Origin: Fibrobacterota bacterium
GTDB lineage: Bacteria > Fibrobacterota > Fibrobacteria > UBA11236
Direction of reading: 5' to 3'
Length of the DNA: 32,000 bases
Assembly: GCA_028287505.1 (NCBI GenBank)
Contig: JAQBPN010000007.1
Location: forward strand, 116,120 to 148,119
Below, one piece after another: positions 8,759 through 17,933 of the stretch. The translations under genes and the position numbers were made by a program. Every line of letters starts with the position of its first letter. Positions within the stretch are counted from its first letter, which is position 1. Below the pieces are notes generated by a model that was not told the DNA's origin, searched no databases, and worked only from the letters and a program-made list of their open reading frames with translations.

Positions 8759-9973
8759 CTAGGGGACTTTGGCCCCAGGCGGCTCTTTTTCATCCTCTTC
8801 ATCGTCGTCATCCTCTTCTTCATCCACTTCCGGTTCGCCTTCGGCCGCGGGTTCACCCTCTTTTTTCATCAGGGTGGGATGGAAATCGATCTTGCGGGCT
8901 TCTTTGGTCTCGCCCAAATGGAGGATTTCCGCGCAATCATCGCAATAGCCGAGTTCCTTGTCGATGGTGAAACGCTCGGAGACGTGATTGATGCCGCATT
9001 TGGTGCAAAGCTGGGGACGCAGCATGTTGCGCTTGAAGATGTGCTGATGCTCCAGCTCGCGTTCGATGCGCTCGACCAGTTCCTCGGGGCTTTCCTCGCC
9101 CCCGCTGCCGCGGCGGCGATTCTGGATATCCGCCGGGATGGGGGAAGCGGTGGTCTTGTCGCCGCGTTTGATGATGCGCTCGGCGCCGGCGGCCACTTCA
9201 TGGAAAAAGGATTTGTTGATTTTCTTGACCACGACCTTCGCGTCGGCGGGAAGGTTCTTGAGCTGCTGCTTGGCAACGGCGTCCTTGACGGCGGAAAGGG
9301 CCTTGGTGGGCGGAACCTTGTCCTTGGCGGCGGCGCGCGCAGCGGTGGCGGCAAGGCTGCGCTGGGCTTTTTCCATCGGGCCTTTGGCCGGAGCCAGCTT
9401 GGGCACCTTGGGTACCTTCGGGATTTTCGGCGCGGCAGGGGGCTTGGGCGGCTTTACCGCCTTGGGTGCGGCCGGCAATTTGGCCGGAGCCGCGGCTTTG
9501 GCGGGAGGCGCAACCTTGGCGGGCTTTGCGATCACCGCGCCGGCCTTGGTCTCATCCTTTTTCCCCTTTACGGGAATGGCAGCCACGGCCTTCTTAGGGG
9601 CCTCGGCTTTTTTCGCCGCCTCGGGCTTTTTCTTGGTGGGAGCGGCAACGGCCTTGGTGGCATTGGCTCCCTTGGGAGCCGGCATGGGCTTGACCGCGGC
9701 CTTCTTGGCCGGAGCGACCGCCTTAGCGGGAACGGGTTTTTTGGCGACGGACTTTGCGGTTGCCGCGGCCGGTTTGGCGGAGGCGGTAACCTTGGAAGGC
9801 TTTTGCTTGGAGTTGTTTTTGGCGGATCCCTGCTTCACATCTTCCTTTTTGGCTGCTCTCGGCGCGCTACCCTTGGCATTGTTAGTAGACCATTTCTGGC
9901 TCACGGCCCCTAGGGCCGTTCGCGGCTTTAGCGCTGCTTTGCCTGATTTGGCATTTTTTTTCGCCGATGCCAT
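8759..9973 (-). CDS. Lys/Ala/Pro-rich histone-H1-like protein with C-terminal C4 zinc ribbon and poly-acidic tail
   Basis: The first ~230 aa are almost pure K/A/P low complexity (AKKPVPAKAVAPAKKAAVKP..., PKPPAAPKIPKVPKVPKLAP). A globular part follows, then CTKC-x17-CDDC and the tail EGEPEVDEEEDDDDEEDEKE. ATG at 9973; terminator downstream. Confidence 0.75.
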   Translation of the reverse strand: MASAKKNAKSGKAALKPRTALGAVSQKWSTNNAKGSAPRAAKKEDVKQGSAKNNSKQKPSKVTASAKPAAATAKSVAKKPVPAKAVAPAKKAAVKPMPAPKGANATKAVAAPTKKKPEAAKKAEAPKKAVAAIPVKGKKDETKAGAVIAKPAKVAPPAKAAAPAKLPAAPKAVKPPKPPAAPKIPKVPKVPKLAPAKGPMEKAQRSLAATAARAAAKDKVPPTKALSAVKDAVAKQQLKNLPADAKVVVKKINKSFFHEVAAGAERIIKRGDKTTASPIPADIQNRRRGSGGEESPEELVERIERELEHQHIFKRNMLRPQLCTKCGINHVSERFTIDKELGYCDDCAEILHLGETKEARKIDFHPTLMKKEGEPAAEGEPEVDEEEDDDDEEDEKEPPGAKVP

Positions 9974-10091
9974 AAGTTGGATCCACTCCCTTTAAAAGAG
10001 GCGCAAAAGTGCGAAGGCTCCTGAAAAGGTAGTATGCAAACACGCTATTTTGGGCGTTTGCGCAATCGACGGTCCCCGATGGGGGAAAAAC

Positions 10092-10634
10092 CTACTTCAC
10101 CTCGGTGATTTTCAATTCCAATATGGGATCGCCCCGTTCAAGTCGGGTCAGGACGTCAAAGCCGGAAATGAGCTTGCCGAAAATCGTGTGCCGCCCATCC
10201 AGGTGGGGCTGGGGCATGTGGCAGATGAAAAACTGGGATCCGGCCGTATTGGGGCCGGCATTGGCCATGGACAAGGATCCTGCCTCATGCTTCAAATCGT
10301 TGTGCTCATCGTCGATTTTCCACCCCGGACCGCCGGTTCCATCCCCATTGGGGTCCCCGCCCTGGGCCATGAAGCCCTCGATGATGCGATGGAAGGCCAG
10401 GCCATTGTAAAAACCGGAATCGACCAGATGCAGGAAATTGGACACGGTGTTGGGAGCCTGTTTGAAGTAAAGCTCCAGCTTCATCGTGCCCTCGTGGGTC
10501 TTGATTTCCGCGAAGATTTGCTTGGTTTTGCTGTAATCCCGGTTGTATTGACGCCCGGTCTGGGCGGAAACCAGGGAAAGGGAGAAAAGCATAACGGGCA
10601 AAAAGAAGCGCGTCGAGAAGTACTTTGCAATCAT
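10092..10634 (-). CDS. Secreted cyclophilin-type peptidyl-prolyl cis-trans isomerase
   Basis: Signal peptide MIAKYFSTRFFLPVMLFSLSLVSAQ. Cyclophilin motifs are present: FHRIIEGFMAQGGDP, GGPGW, LSMANAGPNTAGSQFFI and HTIFGK. Confidence 0.95.
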   Translation of the reverse strand: MIAKYFSTRFFLPVMLFSLSLVSAQTGRQYNRDYSKTKQIFAEIKTHEGTMKLELYFKQAPNTVSNFLHLVDSGFYNGLAFHRIIEGFMAQGGDPNGDGTGGPGWKIDDEHNDLKHEAGSLSMANAGPNTAGSQFFICHMPQPHLDGRHTIFGKLISGFDVLTRLERGDPILELKITEVK

Positions 10635-10791
10635 AGGTTTGACCCGAATTGAAAGGGAAGATTTCTAACCGAGCATGAATTTAGTAAATATTCCCGCGGA
10701 AAACCCGTCAAGTGGGGGTCAAACCGGGCTTCCGGAACTGACGCCCGTCCCCGATTTTGGTACCTTTGTCCCCTCTTTCTGACGGAAACCC

Positions 10792-12597
<1,806 letters not shown>

Positions 12598-12789
12598 TTA
12601 GGCTCGTCGCTCAGGAGTTGCAGCGAACAGCCCATCAGGGGCTGTGAGCCACCCGGTCGACATCTACAACTGCAAACTCCACGCTCCTCACTTTTATAGG
12701 CTTGCCGGCTCGTCGCTCCGGCTCGCCTGTTTTTGCTACCTATTCGGGTAGCAACCGCTTCCGCATTCTGTTAGCACATATCCGGCCAT

Positions 12790-14733
12790 ATGCCGGCCGC
12801 AAGGCCGGAGGGAGGATCCCTGAATCGCACCGCTTTGATCGGATTCGCACTGCTCTCATGGGCATGGGACGCCCATTCCCAAGGCGCGTGGATCCGGCAG
12901 GATCCGCGGCCTGCGAATATGCAACTCAACGCCGCCGATTTCGTCGACTCCCGCCACGGCTGGGCTGTGGGGACGGGCGGAACCGTTCTCAGGACCACGG
13001 ACGGCGGGGATACCTGGACCCCGCAATGGTCCGACACGTCCTTCAGCGCCGTTTCCGTGGACTTCCTCAATCCGGACACGGGATGGATTTGCGGATTCCC
13101 GGCAACGATCCTCAAAACCACGGACGGAGGCGGTACGTGGACCGTGAAAAAATTGGGCGGAACCGGACCTCTGTACGCCATCCATTTTCACGATGCCCGG
13201 CTTGGCTGGACGACCGGTGAGGGCGGCTATATTTTCCGGACCCGGGACGGCGGGTCCACCTGGGACACCTGTCCCCGGGCGACGGAATGGAGCCTGAAAT
13301 CCATTCAATTCATAAACGCATCCAAAGGCTGGGCCATGGGGGAATACAGCTCCATCGTCACGACGGAGGATGGAGGAACGAGTTGGAAATCCTTGGGAAA
13401 GGTGGGAGAGTTCATCGCTGCGTCCCAGTTTCTGGATGCGGATACGGGATTCGCGGCCGGAACCACGGGAAATGTTTTCAAAACCGCAGACGGCGGCGTA
13501 TCGTGGATGCAATTGAATCCCCTGACCATAAAAGACCTTTTCGCGATCCATTTCGCGGATTCCCGGACCGGATGGGTGGCCGGACGGGCGGGCTGGATCA
13601 GCAAGACCGTGGATGGGGGGGCTACGTGGACGGCGCAGGATTCCCGCGTGCCCGTCACCCTCTACGCCATCCCGTTCGTGGGCAAAGACACCGGCTGGTT
13701 TGCGGGAGATAACGGCACTCTCGGCAAGACCACGGATGGGGGCGCCACGTGGACCTTTCCGCCCAACGCCGTCAAGAGGTCCCTGCGATCCGTCCACTTT
13801 ATCGATGCCGAAACGGGATGGGCCGCGGGAGACGCCGGCACCATCCTCGGCACCACGGACGGCGGACTGCACTGGTTGGATCGCAATCCGCCCACCCGGG
13901 AGGACTTCGGGGCCATCCATTTTCCGGACGCCAAGCATGGGTGGGCAGTGACGTTTTCGGGGTCGGTTTTCAAATCGGAGGACGGCGGGATCGGATGGAC
14001 GCTGCAGAAGAAATTGGGGAACAATCCCTTGGCCAGCGTGTGGTTCATCGATGATCGCAACGGATGGCTCGGCCGTGAACACGACTTCGTACGCAAAACC
14101 GAGGACGGAGGGGAAACTTGGATACCCCAGGATAGCGCCACCTTCGGCGCCGCAAGGATACGCTTCGCCGATGCCCTTCGGGGTTGGGCCTCGGACGGCA
14201 GGCGGCTGCTCCGGACCCGGGACGGCGGCAAAAACTGGGACAGCATCAGGACCACCGAGGCCCTCCGGGGATTCGCCATGGCGTCCGCTGATTCCCTGGT
14301 CGGCATCGGAAGCGGCTTTTTGGTCCATCGCACCTTCGACGGCGGAACCCATTGGTCGGCGGCGGACGTCCGTACGGAAGCGATGGGCTCCAATGCAGTG
14401 GCTTTCGCGAAATCGGGAGAGGTCTGGGGCGTGGGCATAGGCGGGGAAATCACCGGGTCCAAGGACGGCGGAGCGACCTGGACACGGGTGGGCGGCAAAG
14501 CCGACAAGGCCGATCTGCATGATGTATTCCTGTTGGACGGCGGCGGCGGATGGGCGGTGGGAGACAGTGGGGTCATCCTTAAATACGATGCCAACGCTCC
14601 CGCTTCCATAGCGACCGGAAAAAGCCCCCATGTGGATTACCGTAAGCGAAATAGATCGGCGACGACCATGCCCGGCCGCAAAATACCCTGGCTCTCCGGT
14701 TGGTTCGATTTCCTGGGACGCCGCAACCTTTAG
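12790..14733 (+). CDS. Secreted BNR/Ycf48-like (sortilin/GH74-type) tandem beta-propeller protein
   Basis: Signal peptide, then 13 evenly spaced copies of the motif [ST]x-DGGx[TS]W (TTDGGDTWT, TTDGGGTWT, TRDGGSTWD ... SKDGGATWT) about 43 aa apart, consistent with two 7-bladed propellers. The C-terminal tail is basic (RKRNRSATTMPGRKIPWLSGWFDFLGRRNL). Confidence 0.85.
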   Translation: MPAARPEGGSLNRTALIGFALLSWAWDAHSQGAWIRQDPRPANMQLNAADFVDSRHGWAVGTGGTVLRTTDGGDTWTPQWSDTSFSAVSVDFLNPDTGWICGFPATILKTTDGGGTWTVKKLGGTGPLYAIHFHDARLGWTTGEGGYIFRTRDGGSTWDTCPRATEWSLKSIQFINASKGWAMGEYSSIVTTEDGGTSWKSLGKVGEFIAASQFLDADTGFAAGTTGNVFKTADGGVSWMQLNPLTIKDLFAIHFADSRTGWVAGRAGWISKTVDGGATWTAQDSRVPVTLYAIPFVGKDTGWFAGDNGTLGKTTDGGATWTFPPNAVKRSLRSVHFIDAETGWAAGDAGTILGTTDGGLHWLDRNPPTREDFGAIHFPDAKHGWAVTFSGSVFKSEDGGIGWTLQKKLGNNPLASVWFIDDRNGWLGREHDFVRKTEDGGETWIPQDSATFGAARIRFADALRGWASDGRRLLRTRDGGKNWDSIRTTEALRGFAMASADSLVGIGSGFLVHRTFDGGTHWSAADVRTEAMGSNAVAFAKSGEVWGVGIGGEITGSKDGGATWTRVGGKADKADLHDVFLLDGGGGWAVGDSGVILKYDANAPASIATGKSPHVDYRKRNRSATTMPGRKIPWLSGWFDFLGRRNL

Positions 14734-14750
14734 GCGAGGATGCTCACCGC

Positions 14751-15125
14751 ATGCGCGAAAAAACCATGCCGCCAAGACCGGTCCGCTCGCCATTTACAAA
14801 GCTGCTTTTAGCCCTCTTGAGAAAGATCCCCAAAGGCAAAGTGGCCTCCTATGGACAGATCGCGGCCCTGGCCGATCATCCGCGCGCCGCGCGCCAGGTG
14901 GTGCGCCTGTTGCATACTCTTTCCGAACGCGAGAACCTGCCCTGGCACCGGGTGGTCAACCGTAACGGGCATATTTCCCTTCCCATGGAAGGCGCAGGCG
15001 GCCTGCAACGTCGCCTATTGATCAAAGAAGGCGTAAAAGTGAACGCGCAAGGAGCGATGGATTTGGAACGGTTCGGATGGAAGCCGGAAATGAAGCCGCG
15101 CAAATCCGCGCTTCCTCGCGGGTAA
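14751..15125 (+). CDS. Alkyltransferase-like (ATL) protein: MGMT/Ogt DNA-binding domain with the active-site Cys replaced by Trp
   Basis: IPKGKVASYGQIAALADHPRAARQVV...LPWHRVVNRNGHISL. The canonical PCHRV is PWHRV here, as in the ATL family. The ORF track starts at TTG 14700, inside the upstream gene. ATG 14751 is preceded by GAGGA at 10-nt spacing. Confidence 0.8.
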   Translation: MREKTMPPRPVRSPFTKLLLALLRKIPKGKVASYGQIAALADHPRAARQVVRLLHTLSERENLPWHRVVNRNGHISLPMEGAGGLQRRLLIKEGVKVNAQGAMDLERFGWKPEMKPRKSALPRG

Positions 15126-15131
15126 AACCCA

Positions 15132-15806
15132 TTAATGGATTTTCAAAACGATGCGGCGGTTCTTGGCCTGATTGGATGAAATCGGCTTCCCGTCGCCGTC
15201 CACGTTGGGCACCTTGGGCTTGGTGTCCGCGTAGCCCGCCGCCTTGAGGCGCTCGGACGGAATGCCTTTTCCGATCAGGTACTTGACGATGTTGGTGGCG
15301 CGCGAAACCGAGAGTTCCCAGTTGGACGGGAACTGGAGGGTATTGATGGGAATGTTGTCCGTGTGGCCCTCGATGTCCACCGCGAACTTGTAATACTCGA
15401 TGCGTTGGATGGCATCGGCCACCTTGTCCATGTTCGCCCGCGCCGAGGGTCCGATATCCGCCTTGCCCGGATCGTAGATGGCCGAACTCGAGAATTCCAC
15501 GATGATGCCGTCGCGCCCCAGATCGATGTTCACTTCGCCGCGCTTCCGCTGATCCGCCAGGAGCGAATCCAGGTCGTGCTTGATTTCGCCCAGGGGCGTC
15601 TTCACGTCCTTGTCCTTGCCGATATCGCTGCGCAGGCCCTTCTTCATCTGTTCGAAGAGCACCGGATCCACATGGGAGACGGAAAGCATGGCCAGGAAAA
15701 AGGCCATCAGGAGCGTCACCATGTCGGCGTAGCTCATGAGCCAATCCTCTTCGACCCCTTCGTGTTCCGGGACGCGGTGGCGGTTGTGGTGTTTTCTGAT
15801 GCCCAT
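15132..15806 (-). CDS. motB: Flagellar-type stator protein MotB (OmpA-like peptidoglycan-binding C-terminus)
   Basis: WLMSYADMVTLLMAFFLAML carries the invariant channel Asp in the single TM helix. The C-terminus is OmpA-like (EGHTDNIP...SNWELSVSRATNIVKYL...AGYADTKP...NRRIVLKI). Confidence 0.9.
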   Translation of the reverse strand: MGIRKHHNRHRVPEHEGVEEDWLMSYADMVTLLMAFFLAMLSVSHVDPVLFEQMKKGLRSDIGKDKDVKTPLGEIKHDLDSLLADQRKRGEVNIDLGRDGIIVEFSSSAIYDPGKADIGPSARANMDKVADAIQRIEYYKFAVDIEGHTDNIPINTLQFPSNWELSVSRATNIVKYLIGKGIPSERLKAAGYADTKPKVPNVDGDGKPISSNQAKNRRIVLKIH

Positions 15807-15815
15807 GGAGAGCGC

Positions 15816-16625
15816 CTACTTGCCCTTCTTGGCGGCCCCGGGCTTGTCGCCGAACATCGAATACTGATCCTTGCGGTCCAGGTAGGAATTCATCTTGTCC
15901 TGGATGTACATGGCCGGCTTCTTTTCCATGATCAGGACCAGGGCCTCCAGGATCAGGTAATGGCGGAAGCGCTCGATGCTCAGGGTCTGCTTCACCTTGG
16001 TGGAGGAAGGCATGAATACGAAGCGGGCGAAGAGCAGGCCGTATAACGTGGCGGTCAGGGCCAGGGAAAGTCCCGGTCCCAGCTTGGACGGGTCTTCCAG
16101 CTTGCCCAGCATGACGATCAGTCCCAGCAGGGTGCCCACCAGGCCGAAAGCCGGAGTCATGGATCCCATGGAAGTCAGGATGGTGGATCCCTGCAGATGG
16201 CGGAAGTAATGTTCTTCGATGTTGGTGGTGCCGAACTCCCGGATGTCGTCCGGCTTGTAGCCCGTGCTGGCCAGGGTGAAGATGTACCTGGTGAATTCGT
16301 CCTTGCTGGACTTGGCGATGGAGTCGTAGCCATTCTGGCCCTCGGCCTGCACCTTCTTGGACCATTCGCCCGCGAGCCTCACATCCTGGATCAGGCTCTT
16401 GGAGGAGATATCCTGCTTGACGAATATCTTCAGGGTGGCCCTGAAGGCGTTCCACACGTATTGGAAGCGGAACCCGATGAAGGTAACCGTAACGGTACCC
16501 CCGAAGACGATGGCGAAGCTGCCCAGGCTCAGGAAAACCTGCCAGTCCTTGGTTTCATGGAGGATTCCCAGGGCTATGACCAGGAACCCGAAAACGACGC
16601 CGCATACCGTGGATAGGGAGATCAT
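15816..16625 (-). CDS. motA: Flagellar-type stator protein MotA/PomA (4-TM proton/sodium channel subunit)
   Basis: 269 aa with two N-terminal TM helices, a ~100-aa cytoplasmic loop, then MTPAFGLVGTLLGLIVML and LSLALTATLYGLLFARFVFMP (both conserved Pro present). Its ATG overlaps the upstream gene's TGA (ATGA at 16622-16625). Confidence 0.9.
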   Translation of the reverse strand: MISLSTVCGVVFGFLVIALGILHETKDWQVFLSLGSFAIVFGGTVTVTFIGFRFQYVWNAFRATLKIFVKQDISSKSLIQDVRLAGEWSKKVQAEGQNGYDSIAKSSKDEFTRYIFTLASTGYKPDDIREFGTTNIEEHYFRHLQGSTILTSMGSMTPAFGLVGTLLGLIVMLGKLEDPSKLGPGLSLALTATLYGLLFARFVFMPSSTKVKQTLSIERFRHYLILEALVLIMEKKPAMYIQDKMNSYLDRKDQYSMFGDKPGAAKKGK

Positions 16626-17914
16626 GGGGCCTTTTCCTCTTTGGCTGCCTTCGCATCCTTGGGCGCGCCGGACATCGCGTCTTTTGACGCGCCGGGGAGC
16701 GGGATCTTGGCCTTCTTCTCTTCCGGCTTGCTTTTGTCGGCGGCCTTGGCGGGAGAAGCGGGAGGGACGGGAGCAGCGGCCGGGGCGGGTGCCGGAACCG
16801 GCGTTGTGACCGGAGCCGGGGCGGGCGTCTCCGCGGCGTCCGCTTCGGGGGCCGCTTCGTTTTCGGCGGCGGGAGCGGCGGCGGGTTCAGGCTCCGGAGC
16901 CGGGGGCGCGGCGGGGCGCGCCTGGGTGGGCTTGGCCAGATGGGTCGCGCGCTGGACCGGAGCGGCGGCCTCCGGGATCGGTGCCGCGACCGGTGCGCCG
17001 GCGGAGGAGGCCGGAGCCGCGTTCAACTGTCCGTTGTATTCCTCCGGGAAGGGAACCTGGTCCGCCTCGGGCAATGCGGCCGCGGAAGGGCGCGGAGCGG
17101 GGCGGGGCATGATGGGGCGGGGATTGGGCGATCCCCGGCCGCCCGGAGTGCGGGTCTTCTCGAGCATGTTGACCACGGCGGGCATGTCGGGATTGAGGCG
17201 CAGGGCTTCCATCCATTCGCGCCGCGCCATGCCGCCCTGTCCCATCATGTAGTGGATGCTGCCCGCCAAGGCGTGGCCTTCCGCGGTGGAACGCGCATCC
17301 AGGGAGGATCGGACGGCCTGCATGGCCTCCGGGAAGCGCTTCTGGTAGAAAAGCTCCTGGGCCTTGCGGATGCCCGTCAGTACCTTGGAGGTTACGTCCT
17401 CGTAGTCTCCCTGTTCCTCTTCGGCGGGCGGCGTTTCGGGTTTGGCGCGGGCGCGCGGATCCTGCGGTTGCTGGTGTTGCGCCGGTGGCTGACGCAAGGC
17501 ATTCCGCTGCGGGTCCGGATCCGGTTGGGCCTGCCCGTCCTGATCCTCCTGGGAAGGCGGCCTGGGTTCCGGATTGGCCGCTTTCGCCCGCTGGGCGGCA
17601 TGATGCTCTTCCGGTTCGCGGGCGGCGTGCTTGGCTTCTTCCGAGGGAGGCGGATTCGGCTTTCCGGTCATTTCCAGGTACAGATCCGTGGACCCCAGAT
17701 CGATGGTCACGTTGGCATCGGTGCTTTTGTTCGCGTAATGGAAACTGATGCTGCCTTGGCCGTTTTCGCCCGGTTCGGTTTCCGGCCCGGCCTGGGACTG
17801 GGAGGGAGCGGAACTCCTGACGTCGGGATCGGGGGCGCTTCCACCGCAACCAAGCAGGAGCATTGCGGCCATGACGGCCGAAGCCGCCGCGCGCGCGGAT
17901 GCCTCGGCCGTCAT
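16622..17914 (-). CDS. Lipoprotein with a single TPR pair embedded in long Pro/Ala/Glu/Gln-rich disordered regions
   Basis: Preferred start is ATG 17914, giving MTAEASARAAASAVMAAMLLLGCGGS (lipobox LLGC). The ORF-track start at 17971 is TTG and would overlap the upstream gene. The TPR-like core is AQELFYQKRFPEAMQAVRSSLDARSTAEGHALAGSIHYMMGQGGMARREWMEALRLNPDMP. The C-terminal ~170 aa are PAPAPA/KAK low complexity. Confidence 0.75.
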   Translation of the reverse strand: MTAEASARAAASAVMAAMLLLGCGGSAPDPDVRSSAPSQSQAGPETEPGENGQGSISFHYANKSTDANVTIDLGSTDLYLEMTGKPNPPPSEEAKHAAREPEEHHAAQRAKAANPEPRPPSQEDQDGQAQPDPDPQRNALRQPPAQHQQPQDPRARAKPETPPAEEEQGDYEDVTSKVLTGIRKAQELFYQKRFPEAMQAVRSSLDARSTAEGHALAGSIHYMMGQGGMARREWMEALRLNPDMPAVVNMLEKTRTPGGRGSPNPRPIMPRPAPRPSAAALPEADQVPFPEEYNGQLNAAPASSAGAPVAAPIPEAAAPVQRATHLAKPTQARPAAPPAPEPEPAAAPAAENEAAPEADAAETPAPAPVTTPVPAPAPAAAPVPPASPAKAADKSKPEEKKAKIPLPGASKDAMSGAPKDAKAAKEEKAP

Positions 17915-17933
17915 GGCCGCCCGCGACCGCGGC

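Noticed and set aside
12856-14793. 645-aa ORF antisense to the BNR propeller gene
   Set aside because: It is an Arg/Gly/Pro-rich shadow frame. The + frame carries 13 regular DGGxTW repeats and a signal peptide.
15132-16625. MotA/MotB pair as a Zorya (ZorAB) anti-phage system
   Set aside because: ZorA proteins are much longer, with a long C-terminal tail, and are accompanied by ZorC/ZorD or ZorE. Here MotA is a compact 269-aa 4-TM protein, MotB is a standard OmpA-type MotB, and the neighbours are FliG-like, barrel and TPR genes rather than Zor partners.
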